The position numbers were made by a program, and so were the translations under genes. Shown in pieces: positions 1 to 14,900 of a stretch of 64,000 bases of DNA. The notes below the pieces were generated by a model, which did not search any database, had not been told where the DNA came from, and saw nothing but the letters and a program-made list of their open reading frames with translations. The stretch covers positions 99,636,001 through 99,700,000 of the forward strand of contig NC_087437.1 in assembly GCF_036321535.1 (NCBI RefSeq). Direction: 5' to 3'. This stretch comes from Camelus dromedarius (lineage: Eukaryota). Position 1 is the stretch's first letter. Each line of letters begins with the position of its first letter.

Positions 1-907
1 TTTAATGACACATTAGAAAGTAATATAGGTATTACTGGTTATATGTTTTCCATGGCTATTTTGAAGCAAATCATGGGATATTTGAAGGTAACTGGATTTT
101 TTAAAATTCTCCCATCTATTGAAGTGAGCTTTTTACTCAGTTGTCACAGTATTTGACATTGACCCTCCTTGACGCCTATGGCTTTCTTTCACCTCCTGAA
201 GCTCCCTCACCTCTGTAAGTTCCTCCTCAGAGTATTGTGTGTTTTGTAAAAGTGTGTTATCTCGTGTACAGAATCAGTTTAAATTCCTCTACAGGACAGG
301 AAGAATGTTATCAAAGTACCAACATAAACCTGTGTCGGGCTACCCCTCCGTCTCCTGACACCCTCTCTTTCCAGTCCTGCCCATTCGCACGGCCTCATAT
401 TCAGCTACCCTGGGGCTCCAGCTCAGAGGAGGCTCAGGGACAGTGTTCTGTAACAGAAGGCTGTCTGGCATTTAAGCACCGGCTTTGGAATGAGGCAGCC
501 AGTGCACAAATGTGCCTTACCATTTTGTAGCTGTGGGGTCTATCTCTATAAGTCTCACTTGTTTTATCTAAAACTGGGGCAATAATACAGCATAGAGCTC
601 CTGTAGGATTACATGAGCTAGCATAACTTAGGTTATAAATGGCTTCTTTCTAAGAATGCAGTGAGTAGAAGCTAATGTGATAAAGTAAAAATGAACTTGA
701 AAGTCTTTGCTGATTTTGTTCTTTTTGTCCAAGAGTCTTTAAATTGCTTTTTATTGCTGGAAAAATTGCATTCATTCTTTAGGATCTGCTTATCCCCTAT
801 ATTCACATTTATACATGATTGATTATGTTTAAGTTGCATGCACTGGCATTTCCACTCTCTTATTTCTTCATTGACATTAGATCCTTTTCTGTTTTTTGGT
901 TTATCAC

Positions 908-912
<5 letters not shown>

Positions 913-940
<28 letters not shown>
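913..940. repeat. (TA)14 microsatellite
   Basis: Directly visible. Confidence 0.95.
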
Positions 941-944
<4 letters not shown>

Positions 945-2084
945 TCATAGGTAATAAGAATGACGAAGAATTTGACATTTACTCCAATATCCTCATTTAA
1001 TAACTAAGAAAACTGAAGCTCAAACTCATTAATTACTTTTTTTGGAATTAATTGTATAATATCTGCCTCCCTAGTTGTCTGAGAATTTCCAAAAAGTAGC
1101 AAACTATGTCTGATCAGTGTGGTACCCAGAGGGATTGGTGCAAGGTAGACCTACAGTGATGGCTATTTGTGGAATAAGTGAATGTTGTGGAACTAATTCT
1201 GGCCAAATTTCAGAATTCTAGGTTCGTGCTTTTGTGGTATGCTATGTTTCTTTTTATGCAAACTTCGTCTTATTCTACAGGTTCACTTACTGAATATCTC
1301 TTCTGAAGGTTGTTGATCATCCTGGAGTGCACAATGTAAGGCTGATCTTTGTAAGATCCAAGACATTTTCTGATTCCATGACGTAGTCACGTAACACACT
1401 TTGTAGCCAGGGTGATGTGCTCTTCCAGCGGCAGGCCCAGGAAAGAATGAAGCTGAGGCAGCATTACTTTTTCCAAGTAAAGTTGGTGTGGACATGTGGG
1501 TCTTCTCCCCTTGACATCAAATCCAGTAGTCCTTTCTTTTGTCTAACGATCATTTCAGCTTTGACTTCATAATAATGCCTGTTCTGTGTTGATTCTGACT
1601 GTCTGCAGACTGCTTTCATGCATGTTGCCTCGTTTCTACTCCAGAATAACCCAAGGGGAAGCAGAGACGTTATGAGGATCCATGTTTTACAGTTGGGGAA
1701 ACTAAGGTTTGGTTTGAATTCAGATTTCCTTTCTCCCATCCTGCTGTTCGCACTGTACAAGTTTGCCTGTCATCATTTGGTTGTGGCTGCCTTAGACCTA
1801 TGGCTGAGCTATTCCACGCCAGTAGAATATTCTACACCAGTAAGAGAAACCTAATATTCTCCCCTGTGAGTTCTAGTCAAGTTCTAAGAACAGCCCTGGG
1901 CTACATACACCCATTGAGTGTCCATGCTGAAGACCCCTTTAATTCCTGAAAATAAACAGCTGGCTAGTTCAGATTGCAGTTTAGGGATGCTTTCAGTAAT
2001 TAGCACTTGAACTGAGCGATAACTTTCAATGAGTCTTTCATTTCCCTACTCAGGGAGAGAGAGAGACAGCGAACGGAGACAGAG

Positions 2085-2298
2085 TGTGCTCCAGTATTAG
2101 GCTGTCAGATTTGGAATTACTTGTTAGATGTATGGTCTTAAACATGTTCTTTAGCTTCTCTGTGCTTCAGACGCTTCATCTGTGAGATGGTGCCAACCTC
2201 AAAGGCTGTGGAGAAGGGCGAATGAAATAATAAATAGAACAGTGCTTGCCTCGTAGCGAGGGCTCCGTAACTATTAACTCCTAGTCATTATTATTATT
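2085..2298 (+). mobile_element. MIR SINE
   Basis: Core CTTCTCTGTGCTTCAGACGCTTCATCTGTGAGATGG and (ATT)n tail. Confidence 0.75.
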
Positions 2299-4814
2299 CA
2301 TTCCTTTGTGGACCTTAAAAGCAACAGCTTCACCCAATCCGAGTTGGTCATTGAAAATAGCGTCGTGTTTTTCTTTATGCAAATAAAAAGAAACTCCTTT
2401 GAAAACAAGAATTAAAGGGGCTCTGAATTAATTTTTGTGTGTACAATGAAGTGAATTCAGTTCGTTCTATTTTCAAGGAAAGCATCTTTGTCAGTTTTGA
2501 CCATGGTGGAAACTGAACACACCCTCCAGTGTTATTGGCCTCACACTGGAAATGTGTATAACCTTATGTTGAAAGTACACTTACAAGTGCCAGATCCTCT
2601 CTTGATACTTGCTTGAAATTCATCCCTTTGGGGTTACGTTGTTAATAACGAAGGGTGGAAATTTGCTGTAAGCATTCAGGTTTGATTTAGACATAGACTA
2701 ATATTGTTTGCAGGTGATATATTTAACACTCTGAGACTCCTTTCTGATATATTTTATCACATCTATTGTAAAACTAATAATTATTAATCACTCCTATTTT
2801 TCTATTAAATCAGCTAGAACACAACAAAGCAGAATATTAATATAGCTTGACAAGTGATAGAATTTCAAAGCTCCTTCTCCTCAAGAAAATGGAAAATATT
2901 CTGTGCAGGCAGTTGTCAGTAAAGAGGAAATCTGTCCCTACAAGGTTATCTCATATAAATATTAATATTCCTTATATGGCCATTACTTCCAGCATTTCAT
3001 TTTCCAAATGCACTTTTCACAAACATGTAATATTATGGTCCATTACCAACCACTAATGGAGAATTTTATGACTAACTTTTGTACCAAAAACGATTATTTG
3101 CTGTGTGAGGATAGATTTGCAAAACAAGATATGGTAGCATTTAAATGGCTACATATTTTTAGAAGAAGACTGCCCTCCCTGACTGTGTCCTAACACTTAG
3201 ATTACCATCTCCCGGTGTCATTATCTCCAGGCCCAGATGGGTGTCTCTTGCACTTTAGGAGCACAAGGGAAGCCAATTTGATGAAAATAGGTCGTTTCTT
3301 ATCATTAGGAAATTTGAGGATGGAAAAATAATAACTTGTGCAATAAATACTATATGGTTTGAAGCCGTGTTCATCCTCCAAGGTAATTAGCAATTCAGTT
3401 TTTTCAGGAACCCGGAAGGCACCAGATTTTTCCACTGGGTCCTGTTTTCTGTACGAATAGTGGGTGTACTTTTTGATAGTTCAAACTGGGAAAAGTGAAC
3501 TATTGCATTTCATTGTGAATATGATGGGAATTATTCCATAGCTCATTCCTCCCCGCCCCCAGCCCATAAAATTGTTCTTTTAAATATATTTACAATCTAA
3601 ATTTCTAGAAAAATACCTAAGGGTGTCATTTTGTAATCTCACAATTCTTTCTATATATTTTTATTTAATATGTTGTATATCTGGATCTATGAATATTATT
3701 TTAAAAATGTCTTCTTTTATTGTTGTTCCTATAATCCATTTCAGACATCGATATCTGAGGATAATTGTCATGTAAACAATGATTCAGTGAAACATATAAT
3801 TTACATTTGTATTTAAAATAGTGCTCAAGGAGTTTGGTTCTTAGTCTAGAATTTACGTACTGAAATAGAAGGTGGTAACATGAAAGGTCTTTTTTTCTTT
3901 TTTTAATTTTAACTTCTAGGACTGACCCATACTTAAATAAACTTTAAGTATTTATAACTAATCTCCACTGAAAGCTCTTTCAAACACTGTCTCCATGTTG
4001 TTTAAAGTGTAAATGAGGAGAATAAAGAAAACAACGATTAAATAAAATAGAAGTGACACTCCTGAAGCCACAGGACTAGTTCGAGACTACACCAAGAATC
4101 CAACGTTGGTTTTTTGCTTTGTTCATGTCGTTTTCACTGCTCTTTCTAAAAAGTCAGTGTTTTATTTAACACAACTGACCTTACTATATGGTTTACTCTT
4201 TATCGGCACAAAATACACTTCACAATTTTATGGTGTTTACATGAAAAATGCAAAATTATACATGCTAATGTAACACCCAGTATGTGGTAACTAGTCACAA
4301 ATAACAATATAATGTAACAAAATTCATTAAATTGCTAATTCTGTCAAAAAAAAATATTTCTGTGAAGCACATTCTCTCTAATTTAACAAAGCCAAATAAT
4401 ACCAGTACTTAATGAGAAGTAAAACTGCTCAGTGGTAAAATGCTTTCAGGTTTTTAAAAGTAATTTACTTACATGCAGTATATTTAGGAATACTGTTCAG
4501 TTTTTGGTGGGTTTTTTTTCGCATTGCAAAGATGGGATTTTGTTCTTTCTTTTGATAGAAAATTTGCCGAATCACAAAAGTGTTAAGTAAGTGAGTAAAT
4601 TTTTTGGAAATGGAGTTTCAAAGAGAAAACTTCCTACATGGTTGAACAAAAAACTAATTTAACTTAGGTATTTTTCTGTACAATTTGGAAACAGAACCAT
4701 AAAAGATTTCAAAAGCGTTGCCTCATGATCTTTGGAACGAGACTAAGACATGAGGAATTTAAGATCCCCCCACCCCTTACAGACATAACATCCTTCCTCC
4801 CACTCCTCCCTCAT

Positions 4815-5465
4815 GGTCTTTTCATCTCCTTCTACACTGCCTGGAATATTTACCTATCATACCTCAATCTCAGGTATCACATTTTCTAAGAATACTCCCC
4901 AGACTCCTCCAGCCTTTGTAACAGTGTGTTACTGCCTTTCCCCATTTACCTGGTATTATCTCCCACTAGCCTTTGAACTCCCTGAGGAAAGAAGCTGGGT
5001 GTTCCATTACCTAGTCCAGTGTCTCACACTTAGTAAGTTGATCAGCTCTGACTGAGCTAAATGATACCAAAGTTAACCAAGCCTTGTGCAATTCTTTGTA
5101 GCGTGCACACACCAGGGTACCTTATGAGGAGCTTTACTCCATATTTCACCCGTGTTACAGATGAGGAAGCTAAGATTCAAGTAGGCTAAGAAGTAAGAGG
5201 TCATGCACCTTAAATGGCAGAAGGAGGTATCCCACACATTCTCTCTCCTCACTGATTCTTTCATTTAATGGATTTATGCTGAGCATCCTCTACTTGCCAG
5301 ACATTATGTCAGAACTTGAGAGCCAAAGATTAATAGGTTAAGATCTCCTGAAGCTCTCTGCCTAGCCAAAGAAATAGACTATAAACAGTAATTAGAATAC
5401 AATGTGATAAGGGTTTTGACAGAACAATGTACTCTTGTGCTATGGGATTTCCGAAGAAGGAATAA
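4815..5465. mobile_element. Cluster of L2 (+, about 4815-5045), MIR (-, about 5130-5240) and L2 (-, about 5255-5465)
   Basis: TGAACTCCCTGAGGAAAG, TTACAGATGAGGAAGCTAAG and TGAGCATCCTCTACTTGCCAGACATT motifs. Confidence 0.6.
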
Positions 5466-8171
5466 AAACTCTGCATATTCATTTGCTCTATTTTATTTTA
5501 TTTTGAATATTCTTTTATTACCCTTTTATGTCTGAATGTTTAGTAGATAACCATTCTAATTCAGAAAAAGGTAGGCAAAAGCCTGTGCAAAGTAATGAAA
5601 GTTTAAATATTGCAATACTGTTTCTAAACCAGTTAGTTTTCATTATTGTTCATATTACACATTAATTTGAATTTCAAACAGAAGTCTATATAAAGCCTAA
5701 TCCATGTAGTTTTAAATGGCTTGCTTAGGAAAACCATTTTCATCGTCATTTATGTAACTTGGAATCCTAAGAAAATTCTCGAGGGAGAATTATCATAAGC
5801 ACATTAACAAGAATAGATGAAGAACTAGGGTAGGAGTGCAATATGGCATGAAGATGGCTGAGGGTGAGTCAGGAACGCGCAAAACTGGTCTAGAAAGCAG
5901 CTGTGTGCCTGAGTTTTGATCACAAGTTCATCTGCTGTTTTAAAAATCTTTTAAAGAAAAACTAGTCGACTGGATGAAAAGAATTATTCTACTTTTCGTA
6001 GTTTTTAAATTATTTGTTGGAGAAAAGAAAGTAGCCATGGGGAATGGTGGTATTTAATAATAGTGATTAAAATATTTTACTGAAGGAATGAAAAATAGGT
6101 AATTGTCAATAAATAGCATGAGTCTATTTGCAATGCTTCCTAATCTTGAGGAAAGAGTATTATTAATCTGTATATTTCCCATGCTAAATATGGTGTCTTG
6201 CTCATGGTTGAAAGGCTTCTACCAAGATGAGATGACTCTCTCAGCTTCATTCTTTAAATATAGAATAATCAAAACAAAAATCGAAGACACCCAAATGAAA
6301 AGTAGATAAAATGTAGCTCTGCTTTAAAAGCTTAATTTTAGAAACCTGAGAGCAGTCCTTTGTCAGTGATTAAGAGCTAGGGAATTCACTGAATGTTTCA
6401 AAGTGATACCTGTTTCTGACTGAAGCAGCCAAACCATTGAAAATGGGTAGATGCCAATAAGAGGGCAGTCACCCCTTCCAAGCATCCAAAGAATGCGCAT
6501 TCAACACATTCCAGGAGCACCTCCCCCGCGGGTGACTTTGCTTAGCCCAGTGGCTATCCACCTCAGACTGCATTGTGCAGAAATTAGTAGGGAGGAAAGA
6601 AGGCTTTTCTGGAATTGTCAAGTTGCTCCGCACTAGTAACCCTTTCCCTTATAAGTCAGTCAGAAACCCACTGTGAAAAGGGAAAGAGTGTGTATCCAGA
6701 AGTTTCTGGGAAAGGGGTGGAAGGGTCTGCAGGGATAAACACAGTAACACACATAGAATTTGCTAGATATGTTTTTCCTTTTAGTCACTCTTCATAATGC
6801 TTTGGTTGAAGCCGCATCTGACCTCCCTCAGTGGAATTCCCATGCTTTCTCAGTGTAAGGATGGAGGAGGGGGTGTTTCACTGTGGACCAGGGCCACCCC
6901 ACCTGTGGTTTAAAAACACGAATGGTTTCAGTTAGACAGAAAACCCTGCCCTTACCAGTGTTCACAAATCACCCAATTTCTACTTACAAACCAAGCATGT
7001 CAGGAAACTTGATAACCAGAGGCAGTAAATCAGCAAAATGGGTTAATTGTATTAGGTCACTAGTTTTTGCTGCCATGGAGATACCTATGGCTACCCCTCT
7101 AGGGACACCAGAACTTCATACACATGGAGGTGACTTGGTCCCAATTCTTTTACTTTCTATCACTATCTGTTGTTCTCAGTAAACTTCTTGTAAAACTTTA
7201 GCAAGATTCTAAAATTTTAAAAATGAGCCCCACATAACTAAAATTTCTATTGTAATAAAGCAAGATTATTGTCGTAAGGTTTAGTGATTGTCTGTGTTAA
7301 GTAGGATTTCACTGTACATCATACTTTTTTTCTTACATAGTCCTCATGTAATAACACATGTCATAGAACATACTTGATTCACTTTTCACCAGATAGGCAT
7401 CATGCTTCTATCTTTTTTGAAAAAAGAAATCTTCATATTCTAGCTTCATATACTAGAGGGAACTTAATTTATCATTTACTCTGTATTGTGATCATATGTT
7501 ATTAACTTGAGGTTATAATCTGCTTTTAATATTTCCTCTCTTTTCTAAACTACAGATGTAAGAGGGTGAGAGTATGTGTTGTGTGTCTGTCTCAGAACCA
7601 ATCCTGGACATAATTCGGTCTTGATTTTAAGAGACCAATTATTTATGTAAATATTTATAAAATATTCTAAAATAAATGGCTTTTATCATTGCATGTCATG
7701 TTATTTTCTATTGAAAGTGAGTATTATACTAATTCTAGTTGACTCAGGTTTTTAAGGCAATACATTCTAGTCTACCCTTCATGTGAGAAATGGTTAATGA
7801 GACAGATTATTTTTAAGGGACCAAAAGCTAGAAAAGAACTTTTCCTCAAAAAGCTGTATTTCTTTATGCCATTCTGCCTAATAGAAAATGCACATCCTTA
7901 GATTTTACCTGAATGGTGTTTTCCTAATACTTAAGCCTCATAATTCTCGATTTTTTTGGTGTATATTTCAAACTCTTCGCATTTTGATTTTTATCATTCT
8001 CAGGTAGACTAAATTAGCTCTTAGGTGTCTTGCCTTCATTATCTATAGGAAATATAATAAATTACAGTACAAGCCCTCTAATGAGAATTTATCTACTGGT
8101 CAGTTGAGAGGCATGAAGAATTAGGAGACGATGTATCTACAAAACTGTGAATGACATTTTGGTGTTGAAAA

Positions 8172-8804
8172 TGATGCAGGAAAAACAGATGTGGGGCGTG
8201 AGGAGGGCTGTGTCCCAGGCTTCGGTTGAGCTCCTGGGACGTGCCCTGCCAAGTGTGAGTCCTTGGCTTCACACAGGCAAGAATTCAAAAGCGAGACACA
8301 GTTGAGTAAAGGTAGATTTATTTAGAGAGATACATCGAAAGGCAAGAGAAAGGCCGTGAGGTCTGGGGATTGGGTGCTCACATTAGAGTAAAAGTAGATA
8401 CACACTCCATAGACAGAGTGTGGGCCATCTTCGAAGCGGGGGAGAGAGAGAGGGCAGCGGCCACGAGGTGCCATGTTGCCAGTTTTTATGGGCTCAGTGG
8501 CTTCATATGCTAATAAGTGGAAGGACCAGTCTAACTAGCCTGGGGAAGGGGCTGGGATTCCCAGGAAGTTGGCCATTTCCCAATCTTTGACCTTTCACGG
8601 CTAGCCTTGGGACTGTCATGGCGCCTGTGGGCGTGTTATTCACCATGCTAATATATTACAATGGGTGTATAATGAAGCTCAAGGAAGTCAAATCTCCCAC
8701 CATCTTGAGCCTCAAGGCCTATTGGGGGTTTAATCTTTTGTCATTCTGGTGTTAATTGTTATGTTGTTCCTTGAATGGCTGTGCCTTGCACCCTCTCTGT
8801 CTCA
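8172..8804 (-). mobile_element. ERV1-class solo LTR, MER41-like
   Basis: TG...CA termini with flanks AAAA/AAAC (near 4-bp TSD). Minus-strand TATA-like CATAAAAA (8483-8490) and AATAAA (8317-8322). Blocks ACTGTCATGGCGCCTGTGGGCGTGT and CATGCTAATATATTA resemble MER41 as I recall it. Confidence 0.75.
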
Positions 8805-8902
8805 AAACCAACATGGCTTGTTAGTCTGATATGTCTCCCATGTGACTCTATAAGTGGTGCTTATTCCCTACTGCTCATACCTGAATCTTGTTTCCTCTTG
8901 AT

Positions 8903-8906
<4 letters not shown>

Positions 8907-8932
<26 letters not shown>
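8907..8932. repeat. (TG)13 microsatellite
   Basis: Directly visible. Confidence 0.95.
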
Positions 8933-8933
<1 letters not shown>

Positions 8934-11900
8934 CTGTAACATGATGGCTTTTTGAAAGATAATGTAGATAAAAGATACATTGGAGAGTCTCCAAGTGCAA
9001 TAATAACCATATTTTAAGTGTCCTGTGTATCATAACACCATGAGTTACTGTATATGTTCAAAACTGAAAATTAAAATGAATATGTTTTTGTATAATAAAT
9101 ACTTCATCCTAAAGTTATGCCTATGGGAAAATGCATAAACTATTAAATATAATTAGTCAAGAAAGGGTTGCATTCAGTAGTGAACTATACTCTGAACTGT
9201 TGGACTGTGATATCTCTGGTTAAATATTTTGCAACTTAAATTCATGAGCTGTATATTTTAAAAATCTTAAGTATTTCCATCAAATAATTTGAATATGGTT
9301 TCCACTTAGCCATTGTTTTTGGTTCTTACTGGTGACATTTTTATTTAAAAGTTCGTATAAAGAATACAGATAAATACGTTTCTAGGGTTTTTGAGATGAT
9401 TCCGAGCTTTTTGCCCACATTAAATACTGTGAGTTTATAACATCTAATATCATTTGCCAAATAAGCAAGATTATCATTTTTCTTTTTCTCAACAAAAGCT
9501 TTAAGGAGAGTATTAAGAATTCTTAAATTATTCAATGCACCCACCTTGCCCCATTCCCTTCCTTTGTAATGGAAAACTTTTGTAAAAACTAATGTTAATA
9601 TTTAAGAAATGGAAAATTATGGATATGTGTTGCACAGTGGTCAACCAAAAAGGTTTCTTTCCCGAGCCCAGCAAATTTCATTCCATATCCCTTGAATCAG
9701 GTTTAATGTACACTGAAAAATAAAGCTCTACTTTGAATTATTAAAGTTAATGTAAGATCATCATATTTTTTGAGGTTTCCCTAATCTTCAAGACTCTAAG
9801 GGGTTTACTCTGAGACCGCTTAATCAAACCTTCATAATTTGGGGGTTCTTATTTTCTCACTGGCTGTTAACAGACTACCATCATCAGTAAGAAAATTTTC
9901 CTTAAACAGAATGATTATATCTTCAACATTGTGTACTAATATTTTTCCTAAAGGAAAAAAAATCCTCCCCTGTATATTTATAGACAACTTTGACCCCTTA
10001 TTTGGCCTAGATTAATCTCTCTGCTAATTTTCATGTCAGTTGGATGAAAGGAGGACTTCAAGGTTTATATTTCTTGCAAACTAAGGAAAAGTGAGTATCT
10101 CACATAAGGTACCAAATTTACCGTCTTTATTTCTTTTGTGCTGTGGACCCTCACATGCACGTGCCTGACAGCCTTCCACAGTGAATTGAGTTGGTTTGTG
10201 TATGAAGCCTGTCTTTCAACCTCCTAAAAGGCGTCTAAACATTTGATAATGCGTTATCCGCACCTAGGGTTCTACAGCATAGACTAAATTAGGTATATGA
10301 ATCCAGTATTGGAAGAGGGGTAATTAAAAAAGCATTTAAAAATTGTTTTGAAGAATGCATTGCTGCAAGGTGGCACAGCCTTGTAAACATGACACCACTG
10401 TCTTATGGAATGTACAAAAGAAGGGTGGCTCTTGTGCCAAATAAACATTCTTCAATTAACGCTTCACAATATGTAGTGTGAACGTTCATAGTCTGTGTTT
10501 ATCCATCCTGAGGCTGCTACTTTTAATGCCTCAAAAACTGTTACCTGTGTATATTCTCATTCTGGTGGATCTTGGGGGGAAGATCTGATCACAGGCACAT
10601 TGACATGAAGCTGTCTAAAAAGCTAAACTCAAACCAAATGAATACGGAATAGAAGGATTCATGATGAATTCAGTGGAGACCTGCAAGTAGACATTAGGAC
10701 TGTAAGGAAACTGATGGCATGATAAACACTTTGTGTTTGACCATGTCACACTTTCTTTGAATTCCATAACTAGAAGTCTAATATATGAAAAGCTTCCTAC
10801 TTGGGATGTTTTTAGTCATAGTTTTGGGGGAAAAATATTTCATTGTGAGGTTTTTGAAAAAGCAATTTGACACCCATTGTCTACTTGCAGGGAATGATAG
10901 ATCTTAGAACGAAATAGACCGTGTTAACCTGATTTCTCCCTTTTGTTACTGAAAGATTGACTCTCATATTGTCTATTTGTTTTGTCTGTAATACTCACCT
11001 TTTTTAAAAAAGTAATACACATTGCTTTTCAATAGTTTCATTTTTTAAATAATATATAACGCCTCAATTTTGAATAGCTATAAATAGCTTTACGTGCAAT
11101 TCTTCCAGAAGGTTCATGCTCAAATAATTACAATGGTTCTATTCTATTTATTACATATTTATATATATATTCTAAAGAAAAAAAGAAATGCTTATCTTTG
11201 ACAAAGCCTAAGCTGTTTTGCCCCCCTTTTCTTCATGAATATTAGTATTTCTTAAAGCAACCAAAATTCACATCATATCAGCAGTGGGCAGACCCCAGTG
11301 CTCGGTGATTTGGCTTTAGTGATAGGGCATATTTCCTGCACATTTTATTAATGACTTCTATTTCATAAGTTTTTCTTTTCCAGTGTCTATACCTTGAATT
11401 ATTCTTTCTTTGCTTATGTTAACTTCAGTCTCATAGGCATTTATAGAATGCTGGTGTTCAAATGGTTAAATAGTTGTTTGAAGCTCAGATTTTAAGTCTT
11501 GTTTAGTCGTACCAACATGAGTTATTTCAATCAAACATTATCCCATCCCCTCTGAGCTGCTTGTTAGGTGGTTGTAGCAGAGGTTGGGCTGGTCTCATGC
11601 AGGAGAAACAGGGATGGACTTTGTAGATAATCTGGTCAGTGAGTCTACATCAAGTGATGGGCTCTTAGATCCTTGTTGAATTCACAGGTTGTTTTGGCAT
11701 AGCTAGGGTGACGCTTTTTGAACTATGGGCAGCTGACCTTAACCTTGATGATTACCTCTTCCATCATTGCTAGCATTTTTTTTCCACTTATTATTTTAAC
11801 TGGGGAGAAAGACCTTGTAATATTAGCCTTGTTATATCCCCTTATATGTAATATATACAGTATGTACATATTACTTAAATCATGATTAGATCCATTCTTC

Positions 11901-14900
11901 ACTAAAAATTTTAAAGCCAGTATGTTCTTTCCTAATAATATTTCTAAAACTAAATTATTTTAAATACCAGGTAAAGCTAATAGGTAGTGGTTTCCTCAGT
12001 GTAGATTCCTAACCTAGAACTAAGCAATGCTTTCTGATAACTAGACCTCAAAGTATAAGAATTTTTTTCATTATTGGAAACATTGTTAGTGTGACCTAAG
12101 GCTCCAAACTGTTATTACATTTATGAAATTCAATTCTCGGGCTACTTCTTTCTTATCCATCTTACCTTCCCTTGGAGTGTGTTTATTGCAGCACTTGGGG
12201 AAGACAAGATTTTCTTGACTCCAGTCATAACTAGAAAATATAATGAAAATTCATGTAACAATTTTCACATGTATAAGTAAAAAGAAGCAGGGATATGTTA
12301 TTGTTTGAAAACAAGGTCAAGCATATTTTTAAAATTCTATAATAAACAGAATGAACATTGGTTTACAAAGTGCGTATTAAACGACTATCATCTATACTTC
12401 AAATGAAGACAACTGGATAAAAATAAATAAAGTGTTGTCTAAAGTCATTGCTAAAGTTTCAAGGGACAGAGGCAGTCAGAAAATCACCAGGTCTGGTGAA
12501 TGAACCATTTGGATATTTGATTCAAAGCCAATGGAAATTATAGGAATGGCAGCTAAAAGCATCCTGCATGTGGGTAGAACCAGAAGTACATTTATCTGGT
12601 CAAGTGTAGTAGGATTTCCGTTATCAGGTGGCTGCATTAGTGATTGGGAACATATCCTAGAAGGCATGGTTTTCATATATCTCCAGGCGTCTGCTCAGTG
12701 GATGAGCAGCAGGTGATGTGGCGGCTGTCTGGTAAATCCCAAGAGGATATACACCAGTGAAAGAAGAGAGCGAGGAATGTGAGAGAAACATGTTTGAACC
12801 TCATATGTTGTTAAATTGCGAAACCATCCATAATTGCATCTTTTTTTAATGTACCATTGTTCTTTCTCCTCAAGTACAGACCGTTCTGTGACTTTTCTTT
12901 CTTGTCTTCATATTTTTAAAAATAGTATGTAACACATTCTCCACTTAATCTCAAGAAAAAATTTACAGGGTTTCTTTAAATTCTTAACTCAGTGTTTTTC
13001 AAGATAGGGCAAACCGTGGTGAAGACAGGAACACGCAATTCCAGACATGGTGGAGGTGTGTAAGAACTCTAATTCCGCTGTAGACAACAGCTTAGGTAGC
13101 TGTCGGGACAATTAGGGAGGTCACATACTACCTCTTTGTTCAGGAATTCTAATTCTCTGATGTGTTCAAGATAGCCTTTTTGTGAAAAGAGTTTTGACTG
13201 TAATGAGAGAATCAATGAATAAGCATTTTTTATAAAACAAGCTCAACTTTGTTCTCTTGCTGCTGCTCCTTTGTTGTTGTCATGTGTGCTTCAGATTCAC
13301 GCAGGACCCGGCGTGCTGTTCTTCTCCTTAAGAAATAACTCTTAGTGAAATACTTTCACTTCAAAACAGTGTGACATATATAGAGTTGAAATCTTCTTTT
13401 GGTTAACAGAGATCTACGTGGGAGTGTGGTCTGGAATATTGATAAAAACCCTTCAAATACCCTCAAGTCTGTCTGAACAGGCAATAAAAAGTCATCAGAG
13501 TAGAAATATACCTTCTAATTCCCCATTCCATCTATTGATTTTTTTTTTCCTAAATAATGAACGAAAAGGAAAAGACGTTTTAAAAATTATCCCAGGTGTG
13601 TGGGCATGTGCTACTCACTACACAGGGATAGAAGTCAGATATCTGAAGCTGGGATACATTTTTGCAGTCACAAGGCAGCTTTCTCTGAAACTGGTTGGGA
13701 TTATTTGAGAATCCACCCAGTGGATCCCTTCCCACCCTGTTGAGAAAGTCCCCACACTGCTGTTGTTCTTCAGACACAGAGATCAGGGTGCAGGGAAAAC
13801 ACTGACAAAAGGACCTTACATTTTCAAATCTGACTTGTTTACTGACCTCCTTTCCCTCCCCATAAGCAATACATGTTTTTAGGGTCAATGTGCATGATGT
13901 TGTTTTTCAAAATTGTTACAGGGTCCTCCCTTCACAGGGGTCTAAAGTGCCTTTCATATATTTTATTACTTTTGTAAATCTAAAACTTTTTTGGAAGGGC
14001 CATGTGAGTGAGATGGCATTATTACAGTTTGGAAATTTTACCTGATTCTTCATCTCCGAATAACAGTGCCCTTAGATCTTGAAAAGCCCACTAGTTGTCT
14101 CTCTATTTACCCTATTAGACCTTATGTACGTCAATCAAAGGGAAAAGTTCAGACTTTTTCCTTTACACTCTGCTCCACTTCACATCTTCAAAACCCAGCA
14201 ACTTTGCCACCCCACTCCAGGTGAATCAAGCCAAGTTTGAGAAATAGAAATTAATTGGGAATTTTTAAAATTTCATTTAACAAAATTTGATTTTAAAGTA
14301 GCAGGTGGAAAAAAAAACGCAAATCCAACTACTGTTACATGGAAATGTTATTTTGTGTTTATATGGCACCTTTTGTTTTCATTGGGCTTAAATTTGCAAA
14401 ATTAACATTCCAATCCTGTGTGGTAGCTTAATGCTTTTTCAATTGAGGAAACCCAAACCTTGAAGTGCTAAGTAGCCTGTCGAAATTGCACCATGAACAT
14501 GGCAGAGACAAAATTAGAACTCGATTTCTAAGTTTCAACGTATTTTTTTTATCTGCTTTTCTTTTACAGATTAAATCCTCAAATTAGAAGGACTGTGGGC
14601 TTTCAAAGTTAGGTTAGATCTCTCAGAAACACTTGTCCTATGATACACTTATGCTTATTTTTCTGTGATTTAAGTGCTTATTTTCAAAAGGTCAAAAATG
14701 TTAGAAATGTGAATGAAATAGAAATACAAATAAAAACCTCCAAACTGATAGATTTCTTATTTTGATAAAATCCTCATGGGAGATTTGGTACAAACTTTGA
14801 TGTTCTACCAAATGATTTTTTTCCTCGGAATAGACATAATGGTGTATTGCTAAATGCACATTTATTGTGTAACTTGAGACTACCACATGGGAGAAAATAG

